Notes: a model not told the origin generated them from the sequence alone. A stretch of 64,000 nucleotides of DNA from Nitrosopumilus sp. (GCA_963662625.1 OY759726.1:832001-896000); one strand, 5' to 3'. Positions 18,565-27,955 are shown, counted from the first letter of the stretch. A program made the numbers and translations.

Positions 18565-18876
18565 ATGAAGTTTTGCCCCGTCTGTGAGACCAAACTAAAA
18601 AAAGGGGACTCTGGCCTCAAGTGCGCCAAGTGCGGCCACACCGAGGGCGGCGGGGACAGGCCGCCAAGGCAGGTAGAGGAGGACTTTGAGCCGGAACTGG
18701 ACGTGATGTCGGAGAGCGACTCCGGCGAGACAATGCCCACGGTCGAAATGGAGTGCCAAAAGTGCGGGAACAAAGAGGCCGTGTGGTGGATGCTTCAGAC
18801 GAGGAGCGCCGACGAGCCGACCACCCAGTTTTACCGGTGCACGAAGTGCAAATTCACCTGGCGCGACTATGCGTAA
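18565..18876 (+). CDS. tfs: Transcription elongation factor TFS
   Basis: Two Zn ribbons and QTRSADEP. Confidence 0.93.
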   Translation: MKFCPVCETKLKKGDSGLKCAKCGHTEGGGDRPPRQVEEDFEPELDVMSESDSGETMPTVEMECQKCGNKEAVWWMLQTRSADEPTTQFYRCTKCKFTWRDYA

Positions 18877-18915
18877 ACGTTTAAACTAGCACGCCCAGCT
18901 CCACAAGACTGGCCA

Positions 18916-19662
18916 ATGACTTTTGAAGCGAAAACCAGCGGCTCGGACGATCTCAAAGCCATAATATCCGCCATCTCGACGCTTGTCGAGGAGGCGACCT
19001 TCGTGGCCACCACGGAGGGCATCACCTTCAGGGGGATGGATCCCTCGCACGTGGCGCTGATCGACATCTCCTGGCCGAACTCCGCCTTTGAAAAATATGA
19101 GTGCGACGCGGACATAAAATTCGGGGTGCGCATCGACGAGTTTTCCAAGCTCATCAAGCGGGCGGAAAAAAAAGACGGCATCGAGATCAGCATCTCCGAG
19201 CAGAACATGCTGCTGGTAACCATCGGCAAAAACAAGAAATACAAGATGCGCCTGATCGAAAGCTCCGCCACCGACACGCCGCTGCCAAAGATCCCGTACG
19301 ACGCCAAAATCACGATGGCGTCGTCAAGGTTCGACAAGATCCTGGGAGACGTGCAGGTGGTCTCCGACTACCTGACCATGCACACCGCCGACTCCAAGGC
19401 GGACTTTTCCGGCAAGGGCGACTCCGGCGAGGTGGTGATTGACATCGACAAGGACGAAAAAGACGTCGAGGAGATCTCCTCAAAAGAGGACAGCTCCGGC
19501 ACGTACAGCCTCGAGTACCTCAACCCGGTCGTCAAGGCGGTGGGGAACACCGCCGGCCTGGTCTCGTGCGAGTTTTCAACCGCAAAGCCGCTCAGGATCG
19601 AGTTCAAGGTGGCCAACATAGGCAGGATCCATTTCTACCTGGCCCCGCGCGTGGAAAGTTAA
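18916..19662 (+). CDS. pcn: DNA sliding clamp PCNA
   Basis: MDPSHVAL, YSLEYL and FYLAPR. Confidence 0.97.
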   Translation: MTFEAKTSGSDDLKAIISAISTLVEEATFVATTEGITFRGMDPSHVALIDISWPNSAFEKYECDADIKFGVRIDEFSKLIKRAEKKDGIEISISEQNMLLVTIGKNKKYKMRLIESSATDTPLPKIPYDAKITMASSRFDKILGDVQVVSDYLTMHTADSKADFSGKGDSGEVVIDIDKDEKDVEEISSKEDSSGTYSLEYLNPVVKAVGNTAGLVSCEFSTAKPLRIEFKVANIGRIHFYLAPRVES

Positions 19663-19696
19663 AGAATTTAAAGATTAACCCATTCAGGTAACTTGG

Positions 19697-21094
19697 ATGA
19701 AACTCGTTCTAAAGTACGGCGGCGCGTCTATATCGTCTGCCAAGGACATACAGGGGGCGGCGCGGCACATCAACTCCCTGTCGAAGAAGAACACGGTCGC
19801 GGTGGTGTGCTCCGCGACAAGCGGCACCACCGACGACCTGATCGAGATCTCCAAGTCAATAAAAAGGGAGAACAAGGGAAGGGCAAGGAAGATCGCCGCG
19901 AGGGTAACCAAAAAGCACAACGATCTGGCCCGGAAGGCGGTCAAAAAGCCGGGTAACGGGAAAAGGCTACTGCGGAAACTCGAGCAGGACTTTGCGGAAC
20001 TTGACGCCCTGATTGACGGGATGGTGCTGCTGGGTGAGGTGACCCCCAGGACGATGGACTACCTGATCTCGTTTGGCGAGCGGCTCTCGATAAAACTGGT
20101 ATCGGCCGCCCTGGTCGACCTGGGACTCAAGTCCGCCCCGCTGACCGGCAAGGAGGCGGGGATCGTCACCGACTCCAACTTCGGCAGCTCAAAGCCGCTG
20201 ATGGACACCACCAGCCTGCGGGTGTCAAAGACCGCCGGGGCGCTGTTCTCTAAGAACACGATCCCGGTGATCGGGGGGTTCGCGGGCGCCGACCAGCACG
20301 GGCACGTGACCACGCTTGGAAGGGGGGGATCCGACTACACGGCCACAATAATCGGCTCCTGCATAAGGTCCGACGAGATATGGCTGATGAGCGACGTCGA
20401 CGGCCTGATGACGGCAGATCCCGGCATCGTCAAAAACGCAAAACTGCTCAAGGAGGTCTCCTACGCCGAGGCGGTCGAGATGGCGATGTTCGGGGCAAAG
20501 CAGATACACCCGCGCACCTTCGAGCCGCTGCTGTCCGGGAAGATCCCCATGAGGATCCGCAGCTCTTTCAACACGGAAAACGAGGGCACCCTGGTCACCG
20601 CCTCGCCCACCGCAAACAACACGGTCAAGTGCGTCAGCAACATACGGCACAACGGGCTGATCGACATACGCGGCGGCAGCATGGTGGGAAACCCCGGCAC
20701 GGCGGCGCGGATATTCGACACGCTCGCCGAGGCCGGGATCAACGTGATGATGATATCCCAGAACCCCTCGGAGTCAAGCATCACCATCGTCGTGAAAAAC
20801 ACCGCACTCGACAAGGCCGTCGGCGTGCTGGAGATGGGACTGCTGGGAAAGATCATCAAGAAGCTCGAAGTGACCACCGATGTCGCGATCATCGCGCTTA
20901 TAGGCTCCGGCATGAGGGGGACCGTGGGCGTCGCCTCGAAGGTCTTCGGCGCGATCCAGAACAACGGCGTCAACGTAGCGATGATCACCCAGGGATCCTC
21001 GGAACTCAACCTGGCGTTCGTCGTGAAGGACTCCAACACGGAGACGGCGGTAAGGGCCCTCCACGACGCGTTTGAGCTAGACAAGATTAACTAA
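19697..21094 (+). CDS. lysC: Aspartate kinase
   Basis: KYGGAS, TTLGRGGSDYTA, SDVDG and two ACT domains. Confidence 0.96.
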   Translation: MKLVLKYGGASISSAKDIQGAARHINSLSKKNTVAVVCSATSGTTDDLIEISKSIKRENKGRARKIAARVTKKHNDLARKAVKKPGNGKRLLRKLEQDFAELDALIDGMVLLGEVTPRTMDYLISFGERLSIKLVSAALVDLGLKSAPLTGKEAGIVTDSNFGSSKPLMDTTSLRVSKTAGALFSKNTIPVIGGFAGADQHGHVTTLGRGGSDYTATIIGSCIRSDEIWLMSDVDGLMTADPGIVKNAKLLKEVSYAEAVEMAMFGAKQIHPRTFEPLLSGKIPMRIRSSFNTENEGTLVTASPTANNTVKCVSNIRHNGLIDIRGGSMVGNPGTAARIFDTLAEAGINVMMISQNPSESSITIVVKNTALDKAVGVLEMGLLGKIIKKLEVTTDVAIIALIGSGMRGTVGVASKVFGAIQNNGVNVAMITQGSSELNLAFVVKDSNTETAVRALHDAFELDKIN

Positions 21095-21128
21095 ACTGAT
21101 TTAAATACGGCCCGCCCCCAAGAGTGGC

Positions 21129-21605
21129 GTGAAGGGGCAACTCGTAATTTTTGCGGCCGCCGCACTCGCGGCGGGCCTGTTGGCGGTGTCCGTTGCCTCC
21201 GACCAGTTCGCCGACGCCGGCCCCAGGAAAAAGATACACTTTACCGACACCATCACATCGTCGCAGGATCCGGGACAGGGCCACGAAAGCCACCAGATGG
21301 CGATGGTCCTGCCGCCCAGCGAGGGGGCGATCTACGACGGTTCTATGACGTTTGCCTCCAGCGCGCCCATGCAGGTGGCCGTCCTGCACGAGATCGGCCC
21401 CAACGACTCCAGGGGGCAGCCCGTATGGACCGTTGACGGGGAGAAGTTCTACGGGATCTCGCTGATGACCACCGACTTGAAGGCAAGCTCCTTCGAGTTT
21501 ACGGGAGCCGCCCTGGCCTTCCACGCGCCGAGCCCGGAAGAGTTTACCGTGACGGTGAGCGTCGACGCGTGGATACGCGAACCGCTAACCCAGGCATTCC
21601 GCTAG
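21129..21605 (+). pseudogene. Truncated N-terminal copy of the secreted protein at 22148-23605
   Basis: Near-identical first ~150 codons, then divergence at 21580. Confidence 0.8.
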
Positions 21606-21785
21606 GCCCCGGCATGAGGGGGACCGTGGGAGCCGCCCCGAAGGCCTTCGGCGCGATCCAGAACAACGGCGTCAACGCAGCGATGATCACCCGGGGATCC
21701 TCGGAACCCAGCCTGGCGTTCGTCGTGAAGGACTCTGATTCGGAGACGGCGGTAAGGGTCCTCCCACGACGCGCTTGAGCTAGAC
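21603..21785 (+). pseudogene. Degenerate copy of lysC 3' end (ACT domain)
   Basis: Aligns to 20901-21082 with 15 substitutions and a 1-bp insertion. Confidence 0.92.
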
Positions 21786-22147
21786 CGGGTTGGTTGTGGA
21801 GTCCGGAAAGTCGCACACCCCCACCCGAGCGCGCAAAGCCGGCGTGCCTGTGGCGCGCCGGCATGGCGCAAGGGGTTTAGGGAAACGCGCGAGCCCGGAC
21901 CGTCCAGACAACACGAAACCGGGTGGTTCAAGGACGCGGCGGATCGTGCGGGGGAAGAGGAAGCGGCCCCCCGCAAACGCCGACATGGCGGCCCCCCGTG
22001 CAGGCGCCGGCGCGGCGGGCCCAGAAACTCCGCGCTAGGCGCGAAACCAGCGCAGACGTTCCCCCCGGCGCTAATCCGACTCGAGCCTGAACTTGGACTG
22101 CAAGATTAACTGAACCGATTTAAATACGGCCCGCCCCCAAGAGTGGC

Positions 22148-23605
22148 GTGAAGGGGCAACTCGTAATTTTTGCGGCCGCCGCACTCGCGGCGGGCCTGTT
22201 GGCGGTGTCCGTTGCCTCCGACCAGTTCGCCGACGCCGGCCCCAGGAAAAAGATACACTTTACCGACACCATCACATCGTCGCAGGATCCGGGACAGGGC
22301 CACGAAAGCCACCAGATGGCGATGGTCCTGCCGCCCAGCGAGGGGGCGATCTACGACGGTTCTATGACGTTTGCCTCCAGCGCGCCCATGCAGGTGGCCG
22401 TCCTGCACGAGATCGGCCCCAACGACTCCAGGGGGCAGCCCGTATGGACCGTTGACGGGGAGAAGTTCTACGGGATCTCGCTGGTGAACACGGGCTCAAA
22501 GGCGGGATCCTTCGAGTTTACGGGAGCCGCCTTGGCCTTCCACGCGCCGAGCCCGGAAGAGTTTGCCGTGACGGTGAGCGTCGACGCGTGGATACGCGGG
22601 CAGCCCGCGGGGATAATCCTGCAGAAACTCGAGTTTGAAAAGGAAGAGCCATCCATGCCGCTGTCCAACACAAGCGTGCCTGCAACCATCCCCATGCACG
22701 GGGGGCTGCATGGCGGCGAGGGAGTCTTCTACATCATGACCGACTCCAGCGACCCGGAGTTCGCCGCGGACGTGTCAGAGAGGCAGGGCTGGCGCGTGGA
22801 ACTCGCGCCCCCGATCGCGGGCGCGCCCGAAAGCTCCCTGCAAACCATCTTCATCTTTACAAACGGCGTAAGGGGGGACGGGCTGTACGGGTACCAGGGG
22901 GAGGTCTTTTCAAGCACTCCCGGAGAACCGGGATACGGCGCACTAAACTCGGTAATCAAGGTCGCCTGGAAGAAAGGCCAGAACGAGGCCGTGCTGGAGT
23001 CCGCGCGGGAAGTCCTGGATGCCGAGGAGGCCGGCAGGGTCACGTTTGACGAGACGGGCATAGTGGTAAACGCCCCACAAATAATCTGGCCCGGCGGGCA
23101 GCTGGAGGCAAGGGACGCCGGGATCTCAGGCGACGCACAGTACGGCGGCGGGCAGGTCACTGGGATAGACCGGGACGGGATGACGGTCACCTTTGTGGCC
23201 CACAGGGGCTGGGGTCCCGACGGCAGGACGATCTACCACATCGTGGCAGACGCGACCCCGCCCGGACCCGCCGGCGTGATGGGGGTGCCCCACTCCCCGG
23301 CCTCCGCAGACCTCATCGCCAGCGCCGCCGCCGCCGATCTCTCCCAGTTCCAGAACGGGGTAAGGGGCCCCGGGCCCCTGGGGTTCCAGGCCGGGATCGC
23401 GGGCGCCGCCACCGGCGATGAGAACTATACCCCGATGTGGCGGGTCTACACCGTGGAATGGAACGATCCCGCGTCGGCGAAGATCCTTGAGACGAAACGC
23501 GATATAGACTCCTCGAAGGAGGGGGGCCTGATCTCCATATCCATCGCGCGGCCCATGAACAGCGATCACATCATAAACCGCCCCATCATAGACCCGTTCC
23601 AGTGA
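22148..23605 (+). CDS. Secreted hypothetical protein with two internal repeat domains
   Basis: Signal peptide. Repeated FYIxTD...FTNGVRG.G..GYQ / FQNGVRG.G..GFQ modules. Confidence 0.85.
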   Translation: MKGQLVIFAAAALAAGLLAVSVASDQFADAGPRKKIHFTDTITSSQDPGQGHESHQMAMVLPPSEGAIYDGSMTFASSAPMQVAVLHEIGPNDSRGQPVWTVDGEKFYGISLVNTGSKAGSFEFTGAALAFHAPSPEEFAVTVSVDAWIRGQPAGIILQKLEFEKEEPSMPLSNTSVPATIPMHGGLHGGEGVFYIMTDSSDPEFAADVSERQGWRVELAPPIAGAPESSLQTIFIFTNGVRGDGLYGYQGEVFSSTPGEPGYGALNSVIKVAWKKGQNEAVLESAREVLDAEEAGRVTFDETGIVVNAPQIIWPGGQLEARDAGISGDAQYGGGQVTGIDRDGMTVTFVAHRGWGPDGRTIYHIVADATPPGPAGVMGVPHSPASADLIASAAAADLSQFQNGVRGPGPLGFQAGIAGAATGDENYTPMWRVYTVEWNDPASAKILETKRDIDSSKEGGLISISIARPMNSDHIINRPIIDPFQ

Positions 23606-23648
23606 GTCGCTAAACGGATAAATTACTTGGGGTGGGGATCAACTGTGG

Positions 23649-24443
23649 TTGGCTGGAAAACTGTACATCGTCGGAGTCGGCCCGGGAGACCACGGCCACA
23701 TGACGTTTCGCGCAAAGGAGGCGATCGCCGAAAGCGACACCATCGTGGGATACGAGACCTACGTCAACCTCGTCGCCGACCTGATCGGGGGAAAGACGGT
23801 CTACCGGTACGCCATGACGCAGGAGGTCGAGCGCGCGCACCAGTGCATAGACCTTGCAAAATCCGGGAAGACCGTGTCGCTTGTCTCGAGCGGCGATCCC
23901 GGGATATATGGCATGGCGGGCCTGATCTACGAGACGCTGGCAGAGACGGGCTGGAGCCCCAAGGACGGCCTGCAGGTGGAGGTGATCCCGGGAGTGTCCG
24001 CGCTGAATTCCTGCGCGTCCATCGTCGGCTCCCCCCTGATGACCGATTTCGCGGTGCTCAGCATGAGCGACCTGCTGGTTCCCTGGGAGATAATTGAAAA
24101 GCGCGTGGAGGCCGCAGCCCGGGGGGACTTTGTCATCGTAATCTACAACCCGGCCAGCAAGAAGAGGATCCACCAGCTGCAGGACACCAGGAAGATCCTG
24201 CTAAAGTACAGGAGGCCGGCGACCCCCGTGGCGATAATCAAGGGGGCGTTCAGGTCGTCCCAGACGGTAGTCCTGACTGATCTGCAAAGCCTGCCGGAGC
24301 ATTCCGACAAACTTGGAATGATCAGCACCGTGATCGTGGGCAACTCCTCCACCTACACGTACAAGGACCTGATGATCAACCCCCGGGGCTACAAGTCAAA
24401 ATACAACCTGGAGGGGCAGGCCAGCCCCGGTCCCGGGGCCTAG
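23649..24443 (+). CDS. cbiH: Precorrin-3B C17-methyltransferase
   Basis: VGVGPG, SSGDPGIYGMAG, SMSDLLVPW, IYNP and INPRGY. Confidence 0.93.
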   Translation: MAGKLYIVGVGPGDHGHMTFRAKEAIAESDTIVGYETYVNLVADLIGGKTVYRYAMTQEVERAHQCIDLAKSGKTVSLVSSGDPGIYGMAGLIYETLAETGWSPKDGLQVEVIPGVSALNSCASIVGSPLMTDFAVLSMSDLLVPWEIIEKRVEAAARGDFVIVIYNPASKKRIHQLQDTRKILLKYRRPATPVAIIKGAFRSSQTVVLTDLQSLPEHSDKLGMISTVIVGNSSTYTYKDLMINPRGYKSKYNLEGQASPGPGA

Positions 24444-25483
24444 CTGCAGCCCCTTATCGCCCGGGACAGCTCCTCGCTGAGGCCCAGCCTGTCCCTTATC
24501 GGCGCCACTATCTTCACCAGGCAGTCGCCCACGGCCTGCTTGAGGTCCCCCGGGTGCAGCTTCCCGGCCGCAAAGTCCTCCTCAAGCTGGCCAAAGCCCG
24601 CGTACTCGACGTTCCCCCCGAACCTGGCGGGCCTCTCCACCCTGATCGAGTCGAACTCGTGGAAGATCACGGCCCTGGCGATCTCCAGCAGCGGGTTGTT
24701 GTCGGCGTTTGCCTCCTCGCACCACGACTTGCTTATCTTCCTCCTTATCTCGTCGTCTGAGTCGTGAATGAATATGCCAGAGTTCGGGTCAGACTTGCTC
24801 ATCTTCCCGGCGGCCCCCGCATCTTCCCGGGCCGGCCTTGACAGCCCCAGCAGAAGCTTGTGGTGCACCGCCACCGGGACCTTCCACCCCATCTTTGGGA
24901 AGATCTCCCTTACCAGCATGTGTATCTTCCTCTGGTCCATGCCCGCGTGGACGATGTCCAGGTCCAGCGAGTGAATGTCCACTGCCTGCATGGGGGGGTA
25001 GAGCAGCTTCGCAAGGTCGATCTTGGACTCCTCCTCCGACCTGCCCATGATCGTCAGGGTTCGCATGGTCCTCTTCAGCGACACGCGCTTTGTGAATTTC
25101 ATGAACTCCTTCCAGTATTCCTTCCTCGAGTCGTACAGGTCTGACCCTAGCACGATGTTTGCGCCCGGGCAGACCAGCCTGAACGCGTCAGAGTAGTACC
25201 GCGAGACCTCGGAGATCGTCTCCCAGTCGCCGCCCAGCTTGTCGTTGATCACGGTGTGCCAGTCGGCAAGAAACACGGTGCAGTCGACCCCCGCCCTGAC
25301 GAAGTCGTTGATCTTGAAGCCCGTGCTTACCAGGCTGCCCAAATGCAGAAAGCCCGAGATCTCCAGGCCGATGTAGTGCCTCGGGGCGGAGTTGGTCTCG
25401 AACAGCTCGGTAAGCTCGCCGCGCGTGACGACTTCTTCGGTGGGCGCCCTCCCGACCAGCTCCACCTTGTCAATTACATCCAA
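24440..25483 (-). CDS. tyrS: Tyrosyl-tRNA synthetase
   Basis: YIGLEISGFLHLG, YPPMQAVD, GMDQRKIH and KMSKS. Confidence 0.96.
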   Translation of the reverse strand: MDVIDKVELVGRAPTEEVVTRGELTELFETNSAPRHYIGLEISGFLHLGSLVSTGFKINDFVRAGVDCTVFLADWHTVINDKLGGDWETISEVSRYYSDAFRLVCPGANIVLGSDLYDSRKEYWKEFMKFTKRVSLKRTMRTLTIMGRSEEESKIDLAKLLYPPMQAVDIHSLDLDIVHAGMDQRKIHMLVREIFPKMGWKVPVAVHHKLLLGLSRPAREDAGAAGKMSKSDPNSGIFIHDSDDEIRRKISKSWCEEANADNNPLLEIARAVIFHEFDSIRVERPARFGGNVEYAGFGQLEEDFAAGKLHPGDLKQAVGDCLVKIVAPIRDRLGLSEELSRAIRGCS

Positions 25484-25546
25484 CTACCCGGTCTCTAAAA
25501 AATAAACCTATAAAGCTATTCAAATTTCCGCCGGCGCGGCCCCGGT

Positions 25547-26680
25547 TCAGATTCCCAGACGCCACCTGCTCTTCTTGGACGGTTTTTTTGACAGGTTGTC
25601 CAGCATGTCGTAGGTGATCGTAAACCCGTTGCCCACCATCGTGGCGTCCTTGGCATACACGTCCTTGTCAGGCACGAACTCATCTGCCAGGTCCCTGATC
25701 TTCTTGGTTTTTATGTCGAACAGACGGATCTGCTTGCCGTTGTCAAGCTTGATGGTGGCGTCCCCGCTTATCCCCTGGATTGAGAAAGTCTCAAAGAACC
25801 GGATGGTGCCTCCGCGGACCAGCTCTATGGAGCTGTCGTAGGTAAGCTTGTCGCCGTAAAACAGGATCTCCCGCGCCCGCGCCCGCGCGTCGTCTTCCAT
25901 GTTGAGAACCATGATGGAGTCCGCCTCGAGCAGGACCGTGTTCACCGCGTTTTCCGCGACAATCTTTCCCCGCGGGGCCGACACGCGGGTGCGGTGCTCT
26001 ACCGTGTGGAACAGCCCCACCCTGCCCCCGGGATCCTCCGCCTTGTATTTGCGGCCGAATATGTTTCCCACGACCGCGTTGCCGCCGTCCACCGTCAGCC
26101 TGGCGCCGTTCTCGATCCGGTACTTGTTGTCCAGGGGGTTTACGAACTTGAAGTCGCCCCTGGACACGCGTATGTCGGTCCTGAACTCCTCGGTCCATGA
26201 CGGGCTGGTTATGTTTCCCTGCATGGTGACCGGGCCGTCGTACGTGAGGCTGCCCGCCATGAAGTTTCCCTTGATTGACAGCGAGCCGTTCGCCTTTCGT
26301 TCCAGCTCCATCTCGCCCAGGGTCTTGGAGCCGAACAGCTTGGTGGCAGTAGCGTTTGCCCGGTTCAGCGCCGCCGCCCATTCCTCAGCGGCATGCATCT
26401 CCTTGGACAGCTGCTGGCCCAGGATCTGGTTCTTCCTCCTCACCTCCGCCTCCGAGTCCCCCGAATACACCTTGGAGTTCCGGATCCTCTCGACGTCCGT
26501 ATCGGGGTACTTTTTGCCGATTTTGAGATCCTCGTAGGCCTGCTTGATTCTTATGAACTGCTCGTTTTCCCCGCCCCTGTCTGAGTGGAATTGCAGGGCC
26601 AACCGCCTGAACGCGTCCCTGATCTCCTTCTCGGTAGATCCCTCCACGATCCCCAGGATGTCGTAGTTGCTCTCCATCAT
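25547..26680 (-). CDS. J-domain protein with long beta-rich C-terminal region
   Basis: YDILGI...AFRRLALQFHSD...AYEDL. HSD replaces HPD. Confidence 0.85.
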   Translation of the reverse strand: MMESNYDILGIVEGSTEKEIRDAFRRLALQFHSDRGGENEQFIRIKQAYEDLKIGKKYPDTDVERIRNSKVYSGDSEAEVRRKNQILGQQLSKEMHAAEEWAAALNRANATATKLFGSKTLGEMELERKANGSLSIKGNFMAGSLTYDGPVTMQGNITSPSWTEEFRTDIRVSRGDFKFVNPLDNKYRIENGARLTVDGGNAVVGNIFGRKYKAEDPGGRVGLFHTVEHRTRVSAPRGKIVAENAVNTVLLEADSIMVLNMEDDARARAREILFYGDKLTYDSSIELVRGGTIRFFETFSIQGISGDATIKLDNGKQIRLFDIKTKKIRDLADEFVPDKDVYAKDATMVGNGFTITYDMLDNLSKKPSKKSRWRLGI

Positions 26681-26773
26681 TTCCCCCGTTTCAGGTTAAA
26701 ATTCCAATTTTCCTATACTTCTAGTTTTTTACGGCGGGCGGCAGGATGCCGCGCCCGGGCCGGCCAGGGCGCA

Positions 26774-27071
26774 AACGGAAGAACCAGATCATGTCCTTGA
26801 GAACCCCGTAACGCCGTCAGAGGGGACAACCCGGACCGATCCCTATGACTGCCTCAGAAGCTCTAGGGACTGCCTTTTGTCGTAATAGTTGTAGGCGCCC
26901 CCCTGTCGGGGCATACCACAACGTGTCTGACTATCCGGGCCCCGGGAGGCCGGCCTGGATGTCAAACCCGTCTATGTACGCCCGTGGTGCCTGCAACCGT
27001 GGTTTTCAACCGTAACCACGTAGGCAAGACCGGCCCCCGTGATCAGGGTGGGGCCGCTGTCCTCTGCCGTT
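26774..27071. ncRNA. Candidate ~300-nt structured non-coding RNA of unknown family
   Basis: Terminal helix aacgg/ccgtt plus six internal hairpins. Balanced composition unlike the flanking GC-rich spacer. No credible long ORF. Strand unresolved. Confidence 0.65.
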
Positions 27072-27316
27072 CCCAAGGCCCCGGCGATCATTACCCGGCC
27101 GTCAGCCTCCCTGGACGCCGCCGCCTGCCCAGCCTTTCAGGCCAGAATGTCTCGACGCCCCCGCGCTCCCCCGGCCGATGGATGCCACGAGCGTTGCTGG
27201 CGCCGCAAGCCCTGCCTCCGGCGCCTCGACGAGCCGCCTTTCATTCAAAAGCCAGTACGGGTTGCGCTTTGCGGTGTTTTAGATTGCCGCCTGAAGCCGC
27301 CCGGGGGCCCCCCGCG

Positions 27317-27955
27317 TCATTTTCTGGATCTTATCACGGCGACGACGGCCACCGCGAGCCCGGCAAGCCCGAGACCTGCCCCCACATAACCGACGTCGGG
27401 CCGCTGGCCGTCCCGCTTGAGGTCGGCCACGTCGTCCCCCAGGTCGTTTACGTACTCGATCAGCGCGGTATGGCCCTCAACCATCTGGGTTACCGTGTAG
27501 TCTGACGGCCTTGGGAACTCTATGTAGGCGCGTTCCTCCACCTTGGGAGGGTGCATTGACAGGCTTATTGGGGTGTCGACTATCGTCCCCAGCACGTTTG
27601 CCTGGTAGTATCCTGCAACCGTCGGGTTTACAAAGGCAAAATATTTTCCCGGCGTGTCGTGGTCTGCTGACAGTGGGAGGGTGATCTTCTCGGTCTTGTA
27701 GGCCAGCTCCACCCTGATCGTTTTTTTCAACCCGACGATCCCGTCCTTGAATTCCTGTTCCGCCAGCTCCAGGCCCGGCTCAAGCGGGCTGATGTAAAGC
27801 TCGACGGCGTTGGTCTCGTTGGACACGACCGGCTCGTTCATCCAGCCTATCTCTACCCTGTAGGGGCCCACGGAATCAATCACATGCGCGTGGGCCGCGC
27901 CCGCCAGCCCCGGAACCAAGAGCAGCGCAAGCAGAACGCCTCCGAGCTTCAACAC
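27317..27955 (-). CDS. Secreted, C-terminally membrane-anchored hypothetical protein
   Basis: Signal peptide ending AHAH, IGWMNEP, and a C-terminal TM helix with basic tail. Confidence 0.8.
   Translation of the reverse strand: MLKLGGVLLALLLVPGLAGAAHAHVIDSVGPYRVEIGWMNEPVVSNETNAVELYISPLEPGLELAEQEFKDGIVGLKKTIRVELAYKTEKITLPLSADHDTPGKYFAFVNPTVAGYYQANVLGTIVDTPISLSMHPPKVEERAYIEFPRPSDYTVTQMVEGHTALIEYVNDLGDDVADLKRDGQRPDVGYVGAGLGLAGLAVAVVAVIRSRK

Larger units (their letters stand above)
20901..22598. repeat. Tandem duplication (~680 bp unit); second copy interrupted by ~316 bp insert
   Basis: 20901-21579 is repeated at 21603-22598. The insert at 21786-22101 sits between gagctagac and aagattaac. Confidence 0.95.

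Noticed and set aside
21796-21820. Group II intron domain V-like string gagtccggaaagtcgcac
   Set aside because: No complete domain V helix, no GUGYG 5' end, and too short.
20901-22598. Diversity-generating retroelement template/variable repeat pair
   Set aside because: Changes include both T->C and A->G plus others, so they are not adenine-specific on one strand. No reverse transcriptase is present in the window.
26774-27071. SRP RNA, RNase P RNA, 5S rRNA or canonical tmRNA
   Set aside because: No helix-8 SRP motif, no GAGGAAA/ACAGAA P4 elements, no 5S motifs, and no G3-U70 or T-loop. Kept as an unknown RNA.
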